A stretch of 64,000 nt of DNA from Candidatus Multivorans sp. (GTDB lineage: Bacteria; Acidobacteriota; Thermoanaerobaculia; Multivoradales; Multivoraceae): contig OZ251997.1 in NCBI GenBank assembly GCA_965247095.1, forward strand, positions 4,384,001-4,448,000, in the 5' to 3' direction. The stretch's first letter is position 1; each line of letters starts with the position of its first letter. A program made the translations under genes and the position numbers. Under the pieces are notes generated by a model. It had not been told where the DNA came from and ran no database searches. It worked only from the letters and a program-made list of their open reading frames with translations. Below, piece after piece: positions 59,342-64,000 of this stretch.

Positions 59342-60547
59342 TCAACCGCCGCCGGTGGCTTCGGCGCCTTCGGCGGCTGCGGCCTCAGGTTCTGGCAAAC
59401 CGGTGCAGTCGCCGCAGTGGACATCGGCGACCGCCTCGCCCGCGGCGAGCTGTGCCACCCAGTCGCGCACGGTGACGCCGTCCGACTCGAAGCTGTAAAA
59501 CTGCGGCCGCAGAATGATCGTGTGCAGCTCGCCCGGCGCGATGTAGCTCCGGTAGTTGTCCTGGTCTTCGAGCGCGGCGTCGATGTCCGCCTCGTTCGCG
59601 TCGAGCAGCGGCTGCAGGCCGTCCTCGGGGTTCGCGCCGGCGAGCATCAGGAAGCGCAGTTGGACATCGTCCTCGGCGGTGTCGTAGCGCGCGAACATGA
59701 CCTCTGGGTGGGCCTTGGCAGCCTGGACGTACAGCGCCTCGAAGGAGAAGTCCTCGTTGGTGACGTCGCTCATGTTCTCGAAGTGGGAGAGCGCCTCGAG
59801 CGTTCCCCAGGCCTCGTGCGGCCGGCTGTCGCCGATCTGCCGGTAGCCCCCGGCGCCGTCGCCGAGCGCGGTGATCCGCGCGTCGGCGTAGTGCTCCGCG
59901 AAGTGGCGCGCGTAGACCGGCGAGGGAATCGAGCCGGCGCTCGAGCCGGTGATGAAGACCGTCTCGGGTCCCAGGAAGTACTCGTAGGTCCAGTCGAGAG
60001 CGGCCTTGCCGTTCGTGTAGCCCCGGTGGTGGACGGTGACCTCGCGCGCCGGCGCCTCTTCCGTCGCCTCCACTTGGTAGACCGCGTCGCGGTCGCCGAT
60101 GTGGACATCGCCGGTGCAGTAGGGCACAAAGACGAAGCTGTGGTCGGCGAACGGGTTCTCGGGGTGGTTGAACGCGGCAATGCCGTGGGCCGCTTGCTCT
60201 TCGGGCTCGGTGCCGCTGGCGGACCGCATCTCTTCGAGCGCGGTCATCGTGTAGCTGGACTGCCCGTGCGGGTCGCAGGTCTGCGCGTTCCAGCAACCGC
60301 CGCCGCCCTGCAGGTAGAAGACGAGCTGGGTCGGATCGCCGGAGCGGACGAAGAAGCGGAAGGGCGAGCCGTCGGAGCAGGTCGTGTCTCCGCCGGGCGT
60401 GATCGTGTTCCAGCCCTCCTGCAGATCGGCGAGGGGCGCCTCGAGATCGACCGGTTCGGGTGCTTCCTCGCCCGCGGTGCAGGCGAGGGCGGCGACGGCG
60501 AAGAGGGAGGCGACCGCGAGTTGGCGGGTGAGTTGTCGGTGCATCAT
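59342..60547 (-). CDS. Pectinacetylesterase-family hydrolase, lipoprotein
   Basis: Lipobox ALAC, and CSDGSP, QGGGGCW, PYCTGDVH and GSSAG motifs. Confidence 0.85.
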   Translation of the reverse strand: MMHRQLTRQLAVASLFAVAALACTAGEEAPEPVDLEAPLADLQEGWNTITPGGDTTCSDGSPFRFFVRSGDPTQLVFYLQGGGGCWNAQTCDPHGQSSYTMTALEEMRSASGTEPEEQAAHGIAAFNHPENPFADHSFVFVPYCTGDVHIGDRDAVYQVEATEEAPAREVTVHHRGYTNGKAALDWTYEYFLGPETVFITGSSAGSIPSPVYARHFAEHYADARITALGDGAGGYRQIGDSRPHEAWGTLEALSHFENMSDVTNEDFSFEALYVQAAKAHPEVMFARYDTAEDDVQLRFLMLAGANPEDGLQPLLDANEADIDAALEDQDNYRSYIAPGELHTIILRPQFYSFESDGVTVRDWVAQLAAGEAVADVHCGDCTGLPEPEAAAAEGAEATGGG

Positions 60548-60575
60548 TGTGGTTTTTCCTTGAATGGTGTGGAGG

Positions 60576-61469
60576 TCAACGGCCGGGCGCCAGGGCGGCC
60601 AGCGCCTCGAGGTCCGTGCCCGGCTTGCCGTCGGGCCGGAACGGTTGGATGCAGACGTGGTCGGCGCCGGCGTCCCAGTGGGCCTGGATCCGTTCGCGGA
60701 GCTGATCCTCGGCGCCCCAGGCGACGAGAGCGTCGACCAGGCGGTCGCTGGCCTGGAAGTCCTTCCAGTCGTCCTCGTTGAAGCCGAGTTCGAGCAGGCT
60801 GTTCCGGTAGTTCGGCGCCCGCAGGTAGACGTACAGGTTGGCGCGGCCGATCTTGCGGGCGGCATCGGCGTCCGTGGTCAGGATCACCTTCTGCTCGGGG
60901 CACAGGAGCGGTCCTTCGCCGAGGATCTCGCGCGCCCTGCGGGTGTGCTCCGGAGTGACCAGGTAGGGATGGGCGCCGTCGGCGCCTGTTGCGGCCAGCT
61001 TCAGCATCAGGGGTCTCAAAGCGGCGATCACGATCGGCGCTTCCTGCTCGGGTTCGGGTCCGCGATAGAACGCCTTGCCGACCGCTTCGAGGTACTCGCG
61101 CATCTTCGGCACCGGCGGTTTGTACTCGTGGCCTCGCAGATGGGTGACCAGGTGCGGATGGGAGACGCCGAGCCCGAGAACGAAACGCCCGGGCAGCATC
61201 TCGGACAGGGTCTTGTGCACAGCCCGCGTGGTCATCGCGTCGCGGGCGTAGATGTTCGCGATGCCGGTGGCGAGCGTCAGGCGCTCGGTGCGGCCGGCGA
61301 GATAGCCGATCAGCGCGAACGGGTCGCGGCCGATCGCCTCCGGAATCCACAGCGCTCCATATCCCTGCGCTTCGATTCCGTTGGCGAAGTCGGCCGCCTG
61401 CGGCGCCGAGAGGCCGTCGAGCCCGGCCCATACGCCGAGCCTGCCGAGAATGGTTGCTGAATCCGCCAT
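60576..61469 (-). CDS. LLM-class (F420-dependent-like) oxidoreductase
   Basis: WIPEA.GRD, ATGIANIYARD, LGLGVSH, GAHPYLVTPEHT and AGADHVCIQ motifs. Confidence 0.88.
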   Translation of the reverse strand: MADSATILGRLGVWAGLDGLSAPQAADFANGIEAQGYGALWIPEAIGRDPFALIGYLAGRTERLTLATGIANIYARDAMTTRAVHKTLSEMLPGRFVLGLGVSHPHLVTHLRGHEYKPPVPKMREYLEAVGKAFYRGPEPEQEAPIVIAALRPLMLKLAATGADGAHPYLVTPEHTRRAREILGEGPLLCPEQKVILTTDADAARKIGRANLYVYLRAPNYRNSLLELGFNEDDWKDFQASDRLVDALVAWGAEDQLRERIQAHWDAGADHVCIQPFRPDGKPGTDLEALAALAPGR

Positions 61470-61561
61470 CGCGCAAGGTTCCTCCGGTCGTGGAATGGTC
61501 GCCGACGGTATCAAGAGAGCGCCGGTCCTCGAGGAGTCGGCGGTGCTAACGTCCCCGCCCG

Positions 61562-62278
61562 ATGACGATGGCAAATGCGAGACGCGGCTGGGCCTGGGAG
61601 CACTGGTTCGGCCTGGTGGGGCTCGCCGTGTTGATCGCGGGCGTCTACATCGGCCTGTTCGTGGCGCCCAGAGAGCGCAACATGGGCGATGTCTATCGCA
61701 TCCTCTACGTCCACGTGCCGTTGCAGTGGAATGCGCTGGTCTGCTTCTTCGGCGCCGGCTTCGTGGGCGCCGCCTCGCTGTGGACGCGCAAGGCCTGGGT
61801 CGACGGCATGCTGGCCGGGGTGATCGAGGTCGGCGTCGTGCTCGAGACGGCGGGCCTGCTCTCCGGCATCGTCTGGGCCAAGCCGACCTGGGGCGTCTAC
61901 TGGGTCTGGGATCCGCGGCTGACCTTCACCTTCGTGATGTGGCTTACCTTCCTCGGTGTGATGGCTTTGCGGCGCTTCGCCGAAGAGCACCGGCGGGCGC
62001 CCTGGACGGCGGCGGCGAGCATCGTCGCCTCGGTCAACGCGCCCCTGGTCTACTACTCGGTCAACTGGTGGCGCAGCATCCACCAGATGCAGTCATCGCC
62101 CGAGACCGTCCACACGACGATGATCCTGCCGCTGCGGATCAACGCGATCGCTCTGCTCCTGGTCTGCGTGTGGTTCGTCGCCCGTCGCTCCCGCATCTCC
62201 CTGGCGCGGCGGCAGGCCGAGGCGACGCCGATGCCAGCTCGGATCGGACGGACGCCTTCAGGGCTGCTCGACAGTTAG
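61562..62278 (+). CDS. ccmC: Heme exporter / cytochrome c maturation protein CcmC
   Basis: YVHVP, WWD motif WAKPTWGVYWVWDPRLT and WWRSIHQ. Confidence 0.9.
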   Translation: MTMANARRGWAWEHWFGLVGLAVLIAGVYIGLFVAPRERNMGDVYRILYVHVPLQWNALVCFFGAGFVGAASLWTRKAWVDGMLAGVIEVGVVLETAGLLSGIVWAKPTWGVYWVWDPRLTFTFVMWLTFLGVMALRRFAEEHRRAPWTAAASIVASVNAPLVYYSVNWWRSIHQMQSSPETVHTTMILPLRINAIALLLVCVWFVARRSRISLARRQAEATPMPARIGRTPSGLLDS

Positions 62279-62983
62279 GCGACACAGCAGCGTATTGTGC
62301 GTTTCGAGGTCGGCTGACCAGATCAGACGCGCTCCGTCCCGCCACTGAATGTCCTCGTAGCCATCCTTCGGTCTCACCGCGGCTGCGCTGTGCTCCACCG
62401 CTGACGGCCATTCGGCGTGGTCGAATCCAAGCATGCGCCAGCCGTCAGGCTCTGCCGTCGCTGCGAACTGGCATGGGCCGACGCCGGGCACCGGTTCGGT
62501 CTCGTCTTCGCAAGCGCGGTCGAGCGGCGCCTCATGGATCACCAGGCATCGCCAACCAGCATTCGTGACTGCGATCGTCGCTCCCGTGGCGGTATCCGTG
62601 AACTGTGCAATGAGTCCGCCATCGCCCATCTGCTGGTTACGGCGACCGATGTACTCCAGACCTGTACCGTCCTCCTTGAAGTCCTTGGCGACGACGTTCA
62701 ATTGCAAGGGGTACTCCGCGTTGAAGACGAATGTCTCGGCATTGAAGGACCGCTCCGTCGTGATCGGCGTCGAATCCTCGATGATCAGGCGTTCGCCCAG
62801 ATAGAAGGCGAACCAGTTGTCGGCCCAGACCTCGCCCTTGATGGACAGGGCGCCCGGACTGTTGACAACGGTGACGTTGGGCGGATCGTCGCAACCGGCC
62901 AGCAAGGCCGCCAAGATCGCCAACCCGAGCGGCGCGATCCGCGCCGCTCGTGAACCGGTCCATGTGCCCGTCATCGGGCGCAT
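62258..62983 (-). CDS. Hypothetical lipoprotein (beta-rich, Cys-containing)
   Basis: Lipobox LLAGC; WADNWF...ITTERSFN...GLEYIG...QMGDGG. The start (62983 or 62974) lies within a family B repeat. Confidence 0.7.
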   Translation of the reverse strand: MRPMTGTWTGSRAARIAPLGLAILAALLAGCDDPPNVTVVNSPGALSIKGEVWADNWFAFYLGERLIIEDSTPITTERSFNAETFVFNAEYPLQLNVVAKDFKEDGTGLEYIGRRNQQMGDGGLIAQFTDTATGATIAVTNAGWRCLVIHEAPLDRACEDETEPVPGVGPCQFAATAEPDGWRMLGFDHAEWPSAVEHSAAAVRPKDGYEDIQWRDGARLIWSADLETHNTLLCRLTVEQP

Positions 62984-62990
62984 GGATGAC
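62926..62990 (+). repeat. REP-like family B double hairpin with compensatory substitutions
   Basis: CGAGCGGCGCG ATC CGCGCCGCTCG TGAACCGG TCCATGTGCCCG TCAT CGGGCGCATGGA TGAC. Confidence 0.85.
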
Positions 62991-63098
62991 AGGTCAAGGT
63001 CAAGGTCAAGGTCTTTCGCATAGTGGGTCTCATCTAAGTGCATACGTGGAACGGTGGGTTCTGTTTCCGCGATCCAAGAGTAACCGCTGGCTAGATGG

Positions 63099-64000
63099 TC
63101 AAGGCAGCGCGAACGCCAGCAGCTCCGGCACAAAGTCGGTCTCCGCGCGCCCGGCCACGGTCAGTGCGATGTACTGCCGGCCCTCGTACACATACGTCAT
63201 CGGCGTGCCGAGGCCGCGCGCGGGCAGCGGCACCTCGGCGATCACGTCGCCGGTGCGCTTGTCCCGCGCCACCAGGCGGTTGCCGCCGTCGTCGTCGTCG
63301 GCGTGCTGGCCGTGGATCAGCAGGGTCTTGGTCAAGAGCGGCCCGGTGTAGGTGTCGCCGCCGAGGGGCGGCAGGTCGAGGTGCTCCAGGCGCGGGTGCC
63401 GGCGCAGCCGGCCGTTGTTGCCGAGCGGCTTCATCCACACGTGCTCGCCGGTGTTCAGATCGATCGCGGTCATGCGCGTATAGGGCGGCTTGAACAACGG
63501 CAGACCCTCGGGCATCTCGGGCCGCCGGCCGCGGCCGCCGTGGGTGTAGCGGAGAGTGCCGCCCTCCAGCGGATCCGGCGTGTAGAACGTGACCATGCTG
63601 AACACGTTCCTCGACGGCACGTAGAGCCAGCCGGTCTCCGGGTCGACCGCGGCGCCGTACCAGTTCGCGCCGCCGCCGGCCGAGGGCCGGAAGATCGTGC
63701 CCAGCTTGCCGCCGCGCACCGGCAGCGACGGCGGCGTGAACAGGGGGCCGATCTCGAAGTCCTTGATCACGTCGAGCGCCATCTGGCGGATCTCGGGCGT
63801 GAAGTCGGCCAGATCGTCTTCGGTCACTCCCTGGTACTCGAAGGGCACCGGCTTGGTCGGAAACGGTTGGGTGGGGGATGCCGTGTCGCCGGGCATCGTC
63901 GCCGGCGGCACCGGACGCTCTTCGATCGGCCACACCGCCTCGCCGGTGACGCGGTCGAAGACGTAGAGGAAGCCCTGCTTGCTGACCTGGGCGACGATCT
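63099..64000 (-). CDS. PQQ-dependent dehydrogenase, C-terminal part (5' end beyond window)
   Basis: SKQGFLYVFDR, WPIEERPVP, GGANW and PMTYVYEGRQYI motifs; paralogous to 21703-23724. Confidence 0.9.
   Translation of the reverse strand, partial: IVAQVSKQGFLYVFDRVTGEAVWPIEERPVPPATMPGDTASPTQPFPTKPVPFEYQGVTEDDLADFTPEIRQMALDVIKDFEIGPLFTPPSLPVRGGKLGTIFRPSAGGGANWYGAAVDPETGWLYVPSRNVFSMVTFYTPDPLEGGTLRYTHGGRGRRPEMPEGLPLFKPPYTRMTAIDLNTGEHVWMKPLGNNGRLRRHPRLEHLDLPPLGGDTYTGPLLTKTLLIHGQHADDDDGGNRLVARDKRTGDVIAEVPLPARGLGTPMTYVYEGRQYIALTVAGRAETDFVPELLAFALP

Noticed and set aside
62991-63013. (AGGTCA)x4 tandem as a contingency locus
   Set aside because: It is short, the unit is a multiple of 3, and it probably lies upstream of the true start; no evidence of function.

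Overview
A GC-rich bacterial chromosomal segment, most consistent with Acidobacteriota (Thermoanaerobaculia/Holophagae-like, possibly a marine host or sponge associate). This placement is inferred from the CRTAC1/ASPIC-UnbV and TPR arrays, a Cys-rich secreted domain and plant-type LRRs. About 53 coding regions are supported. Housekeeping genes: eno, pfkA, pntAA/pntAB/pntB, leuS, Zn-free rpmE and ccmC. Other content: a TonB receptor/TPR/sulfatase-like/CRTAC1 envelope cluster, a DtxR-FeoA-FeoA/FeoB metal locus with a palindromic operator, two PQQ dehydrogenases, a DUF1592/DUF1552 pair split by a SEC-C gene, and three toxin-antitoxin loci (one intact RES-Xre, two with an intact antitoxin and a truncated toxin). 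No rRNA, tRNA, CRISPR array, integrase or transposase was recognised. Two observations stand out. (1) A tightly coupled 7-gene minus-strand run (57245->50389) joins an uncharacterised MsrQ-like/Rieske redox module to OlsB-like and OlsA-like acyltransferases and a triple fusion of alpha/beta-hydrolase, DedA and ATP-grasp; it is a candidate novel amino-/peptido-lipid synthesis, modification and flipping system. (2) Two families of REP-like hairpin elements occur here. One shows compensatory base changes, and copies bracket eno and pfkA and sit in frame inside several proteins. All product calls come from motif recognition by eye; no database search was run.
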